A stretch of 62,913 nucleotides of DNA, counting the filler, from Stramenopiles sp. TOSAG23-3 (Eukaryota), in assembly GCA_900128585.1 (NCBI GenBank). It is 9 parts of 9 records of this genome, joined end to end, with 100 filler letters (N's around TTAATTAATTAA, not from the genome) between each part and the next. Parts side by side here need not be neighbours in the genome. Positions count along the whole stretch, not along the records: positions 1 to 6,931 come from LT643232.1; positions 7,032 to 13,950 come from LT643233.1; 7 more parts are not named here. One strand, given 5' to 3'. Each line of letters begins with the position of its first letter. Position 1 is the first letter of the stretch. The translations under genes were made by a program, and so were the position numbers. Of this stretch, positions 1-9,656 are shown piece by piece. The notes beneath the pieces were generated by a model. It saw only the letters and a program-made list of their open reading frames with translations, made no database searches and was not told where the DNA came from.

Positions 1-1
1 C

Positions 2-3000
2 TGCAAAATGTGCCCCCCAGGGCAATACAGCGATCAACGAGGCATGCCCTTATGCACTGATTGCAAGGCAGGCCAGTACGGTCCAGCCACCGGTGCAACC
101 TATTGCCAAGACTGCCTACCAGGATTACACAGCACCGAAACGGCCAGGACGTACTCGTGCGACTGCAAACGGTGCGAGCCAGGGAAGTACAACGACATTC
201 ATGGTGCGGTAACTTGTAAACTGTGCGACCCGGGAAGGTTTCAGTCTGCCCTTGGTGCAAGCAGCAACTGCACCGAATGCCAAGTAAACTATGGGACTAG
301 GAACGAGTTCGGGGCAACCATCTGCGTATTAGACAACAAAGGCCAAGTGGTCGGAATACCCAACTTGCCAGACGTAATTGGCGGGACAACCTACACTTAC
401 AAGGTAAGCCTGGACCTCCGCCCCCAAGAAGGTTCCGTTTTTGTCGACGTTTCCTCCACCGACCGACGTTGCAAAGTTGACGCTGATTCAAAACGATTGA
501 CGTTCTCGGACGCTAACTATTTAACGAAACAAACCGTCCAACTCCACATTGACCTGAAGTGGCCACCTGCTCCGAAAGAAATTTTCACCGCATCGTCGAT
601 ATCCCCCAACATTGTCGCCATGTGTACACTGTACCACAACATAAGCTCGCCCACAACGGTCGTATCGTACGAAAATATTCCAACCAAAACGGACACTGTG
701 ACGGTCCATTCCCAGGGGTGCGGGGAACGCGAGTACCGTGGCCAATGGAACACTTCGCTTTGTCCTTGCCAACCCGGGCACTATTTGAATTTGCAGATCA
801 AGGGGAGCGAGTGTACACCGTGCCCAGAGGGGGCGTTGTGCAAAGAGCCAGGGCGTACGCTTTCAACCTTGACCTCGGGCGATGGGTATTGGAGAGGGGA
901 TATGCATTCAAAACGGTTCTACCGCTGTCCCCGTGCAACCGATTGCACCGGGGGTCTCGTTTTGAACCGTACACAATGCAGAGCGCATCACACGGGGCCC
1001 TTATGTTCCGTGTGCGAGGATACGTATACACGCCAGGGAGAGGATTATATTTGCACGCCGTGCCCAAGCTCAGAGTATTCGGCCCTGTTCAGTCTTGGCT
1101 GGACGTTTGTGGCATGCGTCATATTTCTTCTTTCCGTCGTTCGGTTCGTGCACGTAACAAGGCACCGCAAGGAGGAGGACAAAGAGGACGATGAAGAAGA
1201 AACTGCGGTCGACCCTACTCTAAGAGCCACAACGCAAGAAACTGCGGAAGAAGTTGGAGACGACATGAAGGAAGAAGAGACGGAGAATCTACGAAACAAG
1301 ATTATGTCGAACGAAGAGGGCCTTGTCGACCAGCATGAGAATCAGGTGGAAGATTTTGCAGAACTGGGAAAGACTAACCTTTTAGAGCGGATTCGTGCAG
1401 GGGCAGTTTTGCAGAAAATAAGAATCATCGTGGTGTACATTCAAATCGTCAGTTACTTGGACATTACGTTCGATGTTCCTTGGCCGAACGCGGTTCGAAA
1501 CTTTTTCGCGTTCTTTACATTTTTGAACATTGACCTGGAGGCTATTTTTCACGGAATAAACACTTGTTTTATGGAAGTCCCGTTCCTCACAGCGTTCTAC
1601 TTTCACATGATGATTCCCCCGTGTTTTTTCGCTATACAAGCCACGGCCCTGGCAGCTGTGTACTTCCATCGCTCTGCAAAGGCAAAGTCTGCCGAGAAGA
1701 AAAAGGTGTGGCAAACCTTGTTAGATTATTTCATTAAAGACATTCTGCTGTTTGTTTTTTTCGCTTACCCTGGGCTGACGGTCCGTATATTCCGAATATT
1801 CCAATGTCGGCAATTTGAACCGTTGCCAGAATTTTACTTAGTTGCCGATATGAGCGTGCAGTGCTTTGTCTCCGAAGAGCACAGGACAGCGGCGGGCGCA
1901 GGAGCAACGTTTATTTTGATATACGTATTTGGCATCCCTCTGCTAATGTACTTGCGACTTTGGAGGTATCGGCACGTCATTGAGGAGATCAATAGCGACA
2001 ACGACCGCGAACTAACGGAGATCGTTGACGGTTACAAAAAAGAAACGGTGGATTCTTTTCAAAGAATTATATTCCTTCAAAAGTACGCGCACGCCCTGGA
2101 AACGCGGAAAATGTCAAAGCAGCAAAGAGAAATGCACGTGGAAGTGCACAAGGGCCACGTTCTTCATTTTCACGAGGATGGGTCAAAGGGACTTGTCCAT
2201 GAAAGCGATGACCGGATGAACGACGTTGCCAGTGGAGGCTTCTGGGCCCATATCGGTACCTACGACCTACGAGACAAAGAGGTCTACCTCAACGATTCAA
2301 AGACATCCATATTTGTGTTTAGCGATGCTATAAAGCAATCGGTCAACATCCAAATGGGCGATCTGTTCGAAAGCTACGAAGACCACTTGTGGTGGTGGGA
2401 AATCTTCGAGATGGGCCGTAAATGCCTGTTGACTGGTGGATTAGTGTGGCTCCAAGAAGGAACGTCGGCGCAGATTCTTTGTGGTTTCTTGGTCGAGTTT
2501 TTTCATTTGTTGAAAACCACGAACGCTGCCCCATACTTAGACCAATCGGACGATTGGCTTCAAACCTTTTCGAGCTTGCAGCTGGTGCTGACGCTTCTGT
2601 GCGGACTCATATTGAAGACGGACAACGCCGATCATCGGGTATACGAAGACGCGTTCATGACATGGGCAATAATAATACTTACCTTGTCAGTGTTCTTTAT
2701 CGGGCTGGTCATAATGTTTTGCGAAGATGTGGTATGGCTGGGTGCGAGAAGGTACGCTGAGTACGTAAGGTTTCGATGCGGTAAACTTTGCAAAAAATGT
2801 TCAGGGAGGGAGGAACCGAAGTTTTCTGTGTACGCAATAACATTTGCGTGCCCATCAAAAGGGTTCGGGTTTAAAGTCAGAGATGACCATGGTGCGGTAC
2901 CGTTTGTTTTTGAGGTGGCACCTGGCTCGGCAGTCGCGCGAACGGGCAAAGTTCGGAATGGCCACGAAATTGTGTCAGTTGGGTGCGATGGGGAACCGCA

Positions 3001-3442
3001 GAAGGACACCACCAAGTTCAGCAAGCATGAAATTCTGGTTGAATTAAGGAATGCAAAACGGAGCGCTAAACGTTGTAAGATTGAGTTCAAAGACCCCCTT
3101 GGTGAAATTGAAGGCCACACAACGATTGGAGGGGGCGGAATGGCCGCGCTGCAGCATGTGGCTGCGTACTATGGGAGATTTCAGACCCGCCGAAAGAAGA
3201 TTAACACGGGAAAAAGAGATCTGAGGAACTCGTACTCGTTTAAAATCAAGAAGGCGGCAGAAAATGCCCATGTCACCAAAGCAGCGGTGGAGGACGACGC
3301 GAGAAAGCGCCACCAGCGGGTTCAAGAACGCGTTTCAGAAATCAAACAAAAGAAGAAGACAAAAGAAGGTGATGGCGCAGAAAGCGAAACGGTGCCAACA
3401 GCAGGAGGAAAGTACGTCGTGCAAGCGGCAACTCCATTGTAA
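2..3442 (+). CDS. 5'-partial large receptor-like membrane protein: Cys-rich (GCC2/GCC3, ephrin-receptor-like) repeats, multi-pass TM region, cytoplasmic PDZ-like domain
   Basis: Frame is open from base 2. Repeated CxxCxPGxYxxxxGxxxC units. Hydrophobic segments start at LFSLGWTFVACVIFLLSVV and include KIRIIVVYIQIV...DVPWP, typical of protist GPCR-related Cys-rich TM proteins. PDZ-like motif KGFGFKV...EVAPGSAVARTGKVRNGHEIVSV at about 2831-3097. Confidence 0.85.
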   Translation, partial: CKMCPPGQYSDQRGMPLCTDCKAGQYGPATGATYCQDCLPGLHSTETARTYSCDCKRCEPGKYNDIHGAVTCKLCDPGRFQSALGASSNCTECQVNYGTRNEFGATICVLDNKGQVVGIPNLPDVIGGTTYTYKVSLDLRPQEGSVFVDVSSTDRRCKVDADSKRLTFSDANYLTKQTVQLHIDLKWPPAPKEIFTASSISPNIVAMCTLYHNISSPTTVVSYENIPTKTDTVTVHSQGCGEREYRGQWNTSLCPCQPGHYLNLQIKGSECTPCPEGALCKEPGRTLSTLTSGDGYWRGDMHSKRFYRCPRATDCTGGLVLNRTQCRAHHTGPLCSVCEDTYTRQGEDYICTPCPSSEYSALFSLGWTFVACVIFLLSVVRFVHVTRHRKEEDKEDDEEETAVDPTLRATTQETAEEVGDDMKEEETENLRNKIMSNEEGLVDQHENQVEDFAELGKTNLLERIRAGAVLQKIRIIVVYIQIVSYLDITFDVPWPNAVRNFFAFFTFLNIDLEAIFHGINTCFMEVPFLTAFYFHMMIPPCFFAIQATALAAVYFHRSAKAKSAEKKKVWQTLLDYFIKDILLFVFFAYPGLTVRIFRIFQCRQFEPLPEFYLVADMSVQCFVSEEHRTAAGAGATFILIYVFGIPLLMYLRLWRYRHVIEEINSDNDRELTEIVDGYKKETVDSFQRIIFLQKYAHALETRKMSKQQREMHVEVHKGHVLHFHEDGSKGLVHESDDRMNDVASGGFWAHIGTYDLRDKEVYLNDSKTSIFVFSDAIKQSVNIQMGDLFESYEDHLWWWEIFEMGRKCLLTGGLVWLQEGTSAQILCGFLVEFFHLLKTTNAAPYLDQSDDWLQTFSSLQLVLTLLCGLILKTDNADHRVYEDAFMTWAIIILTLSVFFIGLVIMFCEDVVWLGARRYAEYVRFRCGKLCKKCSGREEPKFSVYAITFACPSKGFGFKVRDDHGAVPFVFEVAPGSAVARTGKVRNGHEIVSVGCDGEPQKDTTKFSKHEILVELRNAKRSAKRCKIEFKDPLGEIEGHTTIGGGGMAALQHVAAYYGRFQTRRKKINTGKRDLRNSYSFKIKKAAENAHVTKAAVEDDARKRHQRVQERVSEIKQKKKTKEGDGAESETVPTAGGKYVVQAATPL

Positions 3443-3569
3443 AAAAAAAGGAGAGAACCATATGAGACGTCCTGGAACTATTTGTACTTATAAAACAAAT
3501 ACCTAGATAAGAAGTCGGAGATTAATATAAATATTCTACTCGGCCCCTGACCCCTGACAAAATTGAAAA

Positions 3570-3941
3570 ATGGCCGCATGTGCCCAACGCAGCCAGAGAC
3601 AAGGGGCGAAATACTATGAAATTGCTGGGCTTTTAGCAAATGCATTTGGTCTGCTTGCAATTGCAAAAGGCCTCTTTGAAAAAGCGGGGGAAAAAAATCA
3701 CGTTTTAGAAATTAACAAACGATTGGAATCCAGCAATTTTACGAAGGAAAGCGACACTAGTGGCGATGAAGCGCGGAAAACGAAGGAACCTGACTTTGAG
3801 AAATTGTTAAATGAAGAGGAGAATAAAAATCGCCGGCAACGGGCTCGTAAAAAACCGGGAAGACGAAGTAAAGGGAAGACGAAATGGAAGGCAACGAGAA
3901 AGAAGACAAAGAAACCTCAAGTGCAAGTCGAAGATTATTAG
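3570..3941 (+). pseudogene. Probable 3' remnant of a gene (helical segment plus Lys/Arg-rich tail) starting at a duplication breakpoint
   Basis: 123-aa ORF with coding-like composition. Its ATG lies where homology between 3443-3570 and 56557-56650 ends. No recognisable domain. Confidence 0.3.
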
Positions 3942-4945
3942 TAAAGAGCGTTTGGCTTTTTTTAATTGGTCTGCATGGTGGAGATTTAATTTATAATATT
4001 TGTTCAGTGTCATTTGTTTTTGTTACCTCCTATCAATTGTCAAGCTCCTTCTACTTACAGGAAGACTATTAGTTTAGAGAATACGAATTATCATACTTGA
4101 AAGGTGTATTTAGACCTATGAGTAATCGTATACGTAGGTGTAGCCTAGGAAATAAATATAAGGAAATAGTTGGAAAAACAGTATCTTGCTATATAGTCTT
4201 TAAGTAGTATTGGGATATAAGGTTGGGAAAAAAGGTGGGGGGAGAATAGACAAGACAAGAAAGACAAGAAAAGACTAATTAATATGTGACATTATATAAC
4301 CGTACGATGGTAATAACAATCTGGAACTGTTGGATTACATTGTATTTTAGACCAATTACAAAATAATTAATAAAATTAAAATGAAATAGTAACAGTGTAT
4401 TCTAGCATGCAGTAGCAAGGGATTGTTTCTTCTCTTTTTGTTGAAGAGAGAAGAGAAAAGAGAGAAAAGAGAGAAGAGAGAGAAGAGAGATTTGGAAATA
4501 ATTATTATTATAATTGGAGAGCACCACAAAAATTGCTCAGAAGAAGAAGAAGAAGGATCATCATCATCATCAGATTATCCACTTTGGGTTGACTATCGGT
4601 ATAGTATGTACACAGCATGAAGAAAAACAACAGGAACAACAACATCCTCCACAAAAAAAGCACAAAAGTCCAACGATAATATTTATTAGTAATATGCGGA
4701 AGCGACACATATTATTGCTAACTATAAACGGGACAGTTAAAGGATACTAGCTTTAGTTATCTGAGATTAATTTAACTGCAAAGAGAGATCATTCGTTCAC
4801 GCATCAGCATTCTACGTACCATAAAACCGATATTGCAGAATATTGGACCGACCGAACAAGAAAAAGCCCATCCCCATCTCGCACCGACCTACTCCGTACC
4901 ATTTGCTGGGACGCATCGACGAGGACTTCTTACACTCTGGTAACT

Positions 4946-6928
4946 ATGCATTTCGTTTTGCGAGGAATACTTTGTTTTATCTTGTTGCACGATCGTGCGC
5001 AGTTTGCAGCAGCCCAATTGATTGAAATGAAGGAATATTTAAATGCCCATATCTTCTCTGCCTCCAGCAGTTCAACCGAAGACGCAGTGTACGTCAACGT
5101 GTACGTAAAGCAGAGCACGTCCGACATGAAGTTGATCCTTCGACCCGACTTTTGTGATACTAGAAATTGCAGCAACCGTACTACCATCGTTACGCTTGCG
5201 AGCAGCGCCGCCCCGATAGTGGTAGAAAGTCCCTCAAGTGGAACGTTGGTCAAGTTTACGATACCGTCGTTGACGAATGCAGTCTCTGCCGTGCCTCATG
5301 TCCTTGCTGTCAAGCAGTACGAGGAGTGGGAGTTTAGCGGGGACCTGGGGGCCTCCCCCGGGATGAGCGAAAGCGTTTCCGGGGAGATGGCCCCGTTGGT
5401 AGACTATGCGTTTGGTGAATTGCTTTCCTTCTACCTGAGCTACAAGTGCTCTGGGGCGTGCGCTAGGCCTTGGACGCAGATTGTTCTAGCGACGAATTGT
5501 CAACGGGAAAGTGATGACAGCAGTAAGGGTTTGGGCTGCAGGGAATGTAAGACGAATTATTTCTTGCTGTTAGGGAAATGCGTTAGGACGTGCCCGAGCG
5601 GGTATGTGGAAGCACAGTATGGTTACCGCAGAGAGCACGGCGCATCGCATAATATATGCGAAAAGAAAGTTGGAAAGTGGGTAAAAGCATGGGGAAATTC
5701 GGGGCATGGCGGGGCAGACCCAGGCCTCACGAGTGGGGTCGTCTCCATTTATTCAACGCAGAAGGCATTTGCAGCCCTCAAACACGATGGGGGCTTATCG
5801 GTATGGGGCGATACGGGTTCTGGAGGCGCAGACCCTGGAATTGCAAGCGGGGTAATTTCTGTTTATGCAACAAATGATGCATTTGCAGCACTTAAAGCCG
5901 ATGGAAGCCTAACATCATGGGGAGACACTAGTTTTGGAGGGACTGATCCAGGAATCACAGGGAACGTCGTCTCCGTCTATTCTACCGCTAGTGCGTTCGC
6001 CGCACTTCACACGAATGGTAGTGTTACTGCCTGGGGTGATATTTTCAAAGGAGGGACAGATCCAGGGATCTCGAGTGGAGTGCTTTCCATTTATTCTACT
6101 TGCTGCTCGTTTGCGGCATTGAAAACGGATGGCAGCGTTTCAGTATGGGGTTCGTTGCAGCATGGCGGGTCAAATCCAGGTATCACAAGCGGTGTAGTAT
6201 CCATTACGTCAACAATGTACGCTTTTGCTGCCCTTCGGGCGGATGGCGGAGTTACGGCGTGGGGTCTAACTAGTCATGGAGGGGCTGACCCTGGGATCGC
6301 TGAAAACATAGTCTCCATTTATTCAACCTCCGGAGCGTTTGCGGCGCTTGCTGTTGATGGAAGTGTTCGCGTGTGGGGGTCCCTAATTTATGGTGGAACG
6401 GACCCAGGGATCACCAGCGGGACCGTGAGTATTTACTCAACATACTTTGCGTTTGCTGCCATTAAGGACAATGGCAGTGTCCACGTTTGGGGACATTCGT
6501 CTTATGGAGGGACAGACCCTGAAATTACCAGCGGAGTTGTATCTATTTATTCAACAAATGGAGCATTCGCTGCGCTAAAATCCGATGGAAGCGTAAGATG
6601 CTGGGGTTCTTCGTCTTATGGAGGTACAGATCCAGGACTTACGAGCGGGGTAATCGCGATTTATTCGACGTACTCCACTTTTGCTGCGCGTTACACGAAT
6701 GGAAGTATTTATACGTGGGGCCCTTCCGGTAGTGGTGGGGCAAACCCAGGAATCGCGAGTGGAGCACTCTCCATTTATTCGGCAAATAACGCCTTTGTGG
6801 CTATCCTAAGACTTTGCAACCCCGGGGAAAAAGTAAGCCAAAACGATACAGTGGCCACGAAATTGTATCGATTGGGTGTGATGGGAAACCGCAGAAGGAT
6901 ACTTCCAACTTCAGCCTGCAAGATATGA
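4946..6928 (+). CDS. Secreted/surface protein with a furin-like Cys motif and ten RCC1/BLIP-II-like repeats; 3' end disrupted by an out-of-frame jump at about 6852 into a PDZ/tail sequence
   Basis: N-terminal hydrophobic stretch MHFVLRGILCFILL; CRECKTNYFLLLGKCVRTCPSGY; ten 38-aa repeats VxxWGxxxxGGxDPGIxSGVxSIYSTxxAFAALxxDG; then LRLCNPGEK, the start of a Cys-rich repeat, before the junction. Confidence 0.8.
   Translation: MHFVLRGILCFILLHDRAQFAAAQLIEMKEYLNAHIFSASSSSTEDAVYVNVYVKQSTSDMKLILRPDFCDTRNCSNRTTIVTLASSAAPIVVESPSSGTLVKFTIPSLTNAVSAVPHVLAVKQYEEWEFSGDLGASPGMSESVSGEMAPLVDYAFGELLSFYLSYKCSGACARPWTQIVLATNCQRESDDSSKGLGCRECKTNYFLLLGKCVRTCPSGYVEAQYGYRREHGASHNICEKKVGKWVKAWGNSGHGGADPGLTSGVVSIYSTQKAFAALKHDGGLSVWGDTGSGGADPGIASGVISVYATNDAFAALKADGSLTSWGDTSFGGTDPGITGNVVSVYSTASAFAALHTNGSVTAWGDIFKGGTDPGISSGVLSIYSTCCSFAALKTDGSVSVWGSLQHGGSNPGITSGVVSITSTMYAFAALRADGGVTAWGLTSHGGADPGIAENIVSIYSTSGAFAALAVDGSVRVWGSLIYGGTDPGITSGTVSIYSTYFAFAAIKDNGSVHVWGHSSYGGTDPEITSGVVSIYSTNGAFAALKSDGSVRCWGSSSYGGTDPGLTSGVIAIYSTYSTFAARYTNGSIYTWGPSGSGGANPGIASGALSIYSANNAFVAILRLCNPGEKVSQNDTVATKLYRLGVMGNRRRILPTSACKI
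5681..6807 (+). repeat. Ten diverged 114-bp (38-aa) coding repeats, RCC1/BLIP-II-like beta-propeller blades
   Basis: Ten xxxWG motifs spaced 38 aa apart (VKAWG, LSVWG, LTSWG, VTAWG, VSVWG, VTAWG, VRVWG, VHVWG, VRCWG, IYTWG). Confidence 0.9.
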
Positions 6929-6931
6929 GGA

Positions 6932-7031
6932 NNNNNNNNNNNNNNNNNNNNNNNNNNNNNNNNNNNNNNNNNNNNTTAATTAATTAANNNNNNNNNNNNN
7001 NNNNNNNNNNNNNNNNNNNNNNNNNNNNNNN
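6932..7031. other. Artificial contig linker (N44-TTAATTAATTAA-N44)
   Basis: Exactly 100 bp with an all-frame stop palindrome; the same layout occurs eight times. Confidence 0.98.
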
Positions 7032-7079
7032 GTGTGTGTGTGGTGTTGTGTATTGTGTGTGCTGTAATATAAGACAGCC

Positions 7080-9656
7080 CTAATTAATGGAGGGTTTTCT
7101 TTCCTTGTAAAAGTTAGGGAACGCAGCGCAAATCGTAAGGGCCATTTCTAAATTCGCTAAACAGAATTGATCGTATCCCCGGTGTTCACCACGGTCTCCT
7201 GCAACGAGCGGCTCTACATATCGAAGCGTGGCCCACAACGACGGTGTCTTCGAGCGGCAGACAACAAACAAAACAATTGGCATCAAGTCATCTGCAGTCA
7301 ATGGTTTCAACTGTGCTTGGCGAGACATACGGTTTATTTCTTGAAACACATTACGCAAAAAAAACATTTTTTCGCCCGGACCGGAAGCATGATCGCTACA
7401 GTCTAGAGACACAACAGCTGCGGACCATGCCCCAACGAAATCCATGGCATGTTCGTCGTTTTTCGCGTCTGTGCACAACGCCCACAGCGACCTATCGTCC
7501 ATGTCTTCTCGGATTTTGTTTACAATTTGATTTCGCGCGTCGTCCAGATCAAAGTTTGCTCGTTGTACGGCTGCCCACAGGCGCAGCCCTACAGCACCAA
7601 GAACCACTGTTCGGACGGACCGCTTCACTTTCAGCATTAAACCTGACGTTGCTCCATCTGCACCCTCTTCAAAAAACTCACATGCACTGATCGACATGAC
7701 TTCGTTGCACAAAACACCAATAATTTCACAAGTTCGTGTCATAAGCTTCTCAGGGTCTGAGTTGGACTGACGAAATATATGAGAAAACGAGGCGTGGAAC
7801 TGGCTGATTTCGGCCGAAAATTTTTCACGCAACAAATCTTCAACAACGATATTTACGATTGGTTGGTTTCCTTTATCGATACCAAGCCCAAAGAACGATC
7901 GTTTTGTACGGTAGGGAATGCCCAGCCCACCGCTCTTCTTGTCGTTAATTGCCCCAGTTACAGAGCCTTCCAGCGACCATGAGCGCTCCAACAATAGTTG
8001 GGCACTTGTCGGTGTGGCAGTAAAAAGCCTAGAAATGTCAAGAACATTTTCTGGTTTGCCCCGTGCCAACTCTTTCGACCGCCCCCGACCCATTTGGTAT
8101 GGAGGTAATGTTTCAACATGCTGCAAGCGGTACACACGCGGGGATAAGCTTTCAAACGTAGTAGAAGAGGGAAGGTACTGCTGTGCAAAGAGATCGTACA
8201 TTAGCTGAAATTTGTGCCAATTGATTTTGACGCCCCCGTCTTCGTCTTCCAACGCAGCAAGGGACGGCAGCAGGGCTACATGGTTTGATGCCTTTTTCAA
8301 TGGGGCATATGCCGGCAGAACGTTGATCTTCTTCACCATTATTCGGCGCAAACTCCGATAGTTGCCATATCGGGAGCACAACACACGGAGCATACCAAAT
8401 TCAGTGTGAAACTTCTCTCGTACGTATCCCCAGGAATTGCTGAGTCGCAATATAGGAGTGGACTCCAAGGCTATGGCGCAGCATAGCAATTGTTTGTAAT
8501 TGTCAATTTTGCGCGATTCAATTGCCAAACCGATGACTAACTCTAGGGCGGCGGCTCGAATTTGGGGCGTTTCTTCTTGAAGGATTGCGTTTTGCAACCA
8601 CGAAACACGCATCTGTTCATCTTTGTGCAGAGCACACTTGGGCACAGTGTGCGCCAGCGACAGATCGGCCGACACTGCCGAAGGGGCCAAGGACAGTTTG
8701 GCACTAAATTTATGATACAAAGACTTGTCGTACAGGGCAAACTGGTTTGCCAGCGATTCTATCTTGTCTTGCCATATCAAGATCGATTCGTTATGCGCCA
8801 CTACTTTTGGCTCCACTGGTTTGGTCGGGGCTTTGTCCAAAACGTCATCGGCACCATTCACGTTTGGATCCCCCGTGACCGCCCCTTGGTTTGATTCACT
8901 TTGCACAATTTCTTCGGAACGGTCTGCCAATGTGCCATCGCCCTTTTGGCCACCACCAGTAGGAAACAAGCTTGTCTCCGCCAGGTCTTCACCCACGCAC
9001 TTCTCTATTTCTGTTCTCAGTCTTTCCGACAGAGTCTCCGGGTCGATCTCTAGTTCTACCGTCAGTATTGAGAAGTTCATTAAGACATGGCATATGCGCT
9101 CCCGTTGCAATTGTGGCAAAGCCAAATCGTCTGAAACGCCAGGTGGACCCCTAGTGCTACTGCCACCCCCCCCCGAACTATCTGTACCAGCAATGTACGC
9201 AACGATTTGGTTAATTTTTGCGGTCATGCTCAGACGTTTCCAATCGCAAACGACGTCGGTAAAGTATGCCGCATCCATCAACGTTTCGGCTTGGAGCACC
9301 TTTTCTGTCCATTCTTTCTCCCGCTGATCAGTGCCGTTGAGCGAAGACACAGAGGTGTCCAGCACGCCGAAAATTTCTGCCCTTTCCAGCCACTCTCGAC
9401 CCGACATGGGCTCGACAAGAGAGGAATCGCTCGACAAGTACCAGGATGAATCGTTCGTAGCATTCAGTACGCCGTTTTCTCCGATGCGGGCGCCTCCCTC
9501 CCTGGCTGGGCCTTCAACTTTCCGAGCCCCATGCTGTGCTTCTGCGGGGGGAGTGGCATAAAAGTACATTTTCGGAGCTTTTTCAAACGGGCGATTTTCA
9601 CCTCCCTGCTTTGTTTCTTTGACCAGCGTCAAAAAAACAGCCCGCATCATTGCCAT
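7080..9656 (-). CDS. C-terminal part of a RasGEF (CDC25) plus VPS9 domain protein; likely one gene with 9598-11782
   Basis: RasGEF-like LANQFALYD...RVSWLQNAILQEETPQIRAAALE...DNY...ALESTPILRLSNSW; VPS9 motifs GEKMFFL...LTADDLMPIVLFVV...YDQFCLANLEMAL. Confidence 0.85.
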   Translation of the reverse strand: MAMMRAVFLTLVKETKQGGENRPFEKAPKMYFYATPPAEAQHGARKVEGPAREGGARIGENGVLNATNDSSWYLSSDSSLVEPMSGREWLERAEIFGVLDTSVSSLNGTDQREKEWTEKVLQAETLMDAAYFTDVVCDWKRLSMTAKINQIVAYIAGTDSSGGGGSSTRGPPGVSDDLALPQLQRERICHVLMNFSILTVELEIDPETLSERLRTEIEKCVGEDLAETSLFPTGGGQKGDGTLADRSEEIVQSESNQGAVTGDPNVNGADDVLDKAPTKPVEPKVVAHNESILIWQDKIESLANQFALYDKSLYHKFSAKLSLAPSAVSADLSLAHTVPKCALHKDEQMRVSWLQNAILQEETPQIRAAALELVIGLAIESRKIDNYKQLLCCAIALESTPILRLSNSWGYVREKFHTEFGMLRVLCSRYGNYRSLRRIMVKKINVLPAYAPLKKASNHVALLPSLAALEDEDGGVKINWHKFQLMYDLFAQQYLPSSTTFESLSPRVYRLQHVETLPPYQMGRGRSKELARGKPENVLDISRLFTATPTSAQLLLERSWSLEGSVTGAINDKKSGGLGIPYRTKRSFFGLGIDKGNQPIVNIVVEDLLREKFSAEISQFHASFSHIFRQSNSDPEKLMTRTCEIIGVLCNEVMSISACEFFEEGADGATSGLMLKVKRSVRTVVLGAVGLRLWAAVQRANFDLDDARNQIVNKIREDMDDRSLWALCTDAKNDEHAMDFVGAWSAAVVSLDCSDHASGPGEKMFFLRNVFQEINRMSRQAQLKPLTADDLMPIVLFVVCRSKTPSLWATLRYVEPLVAGDRGEHRGYDQFCLANLEMALTICAAFPNFYKERKPSIN

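Noticed and set aside
6833..6851. 19-nt GTAAG...CAG mini-intron at the gene B junction
   Set aside because: Removing it does not place the downstream GHEIV sequence in frame.
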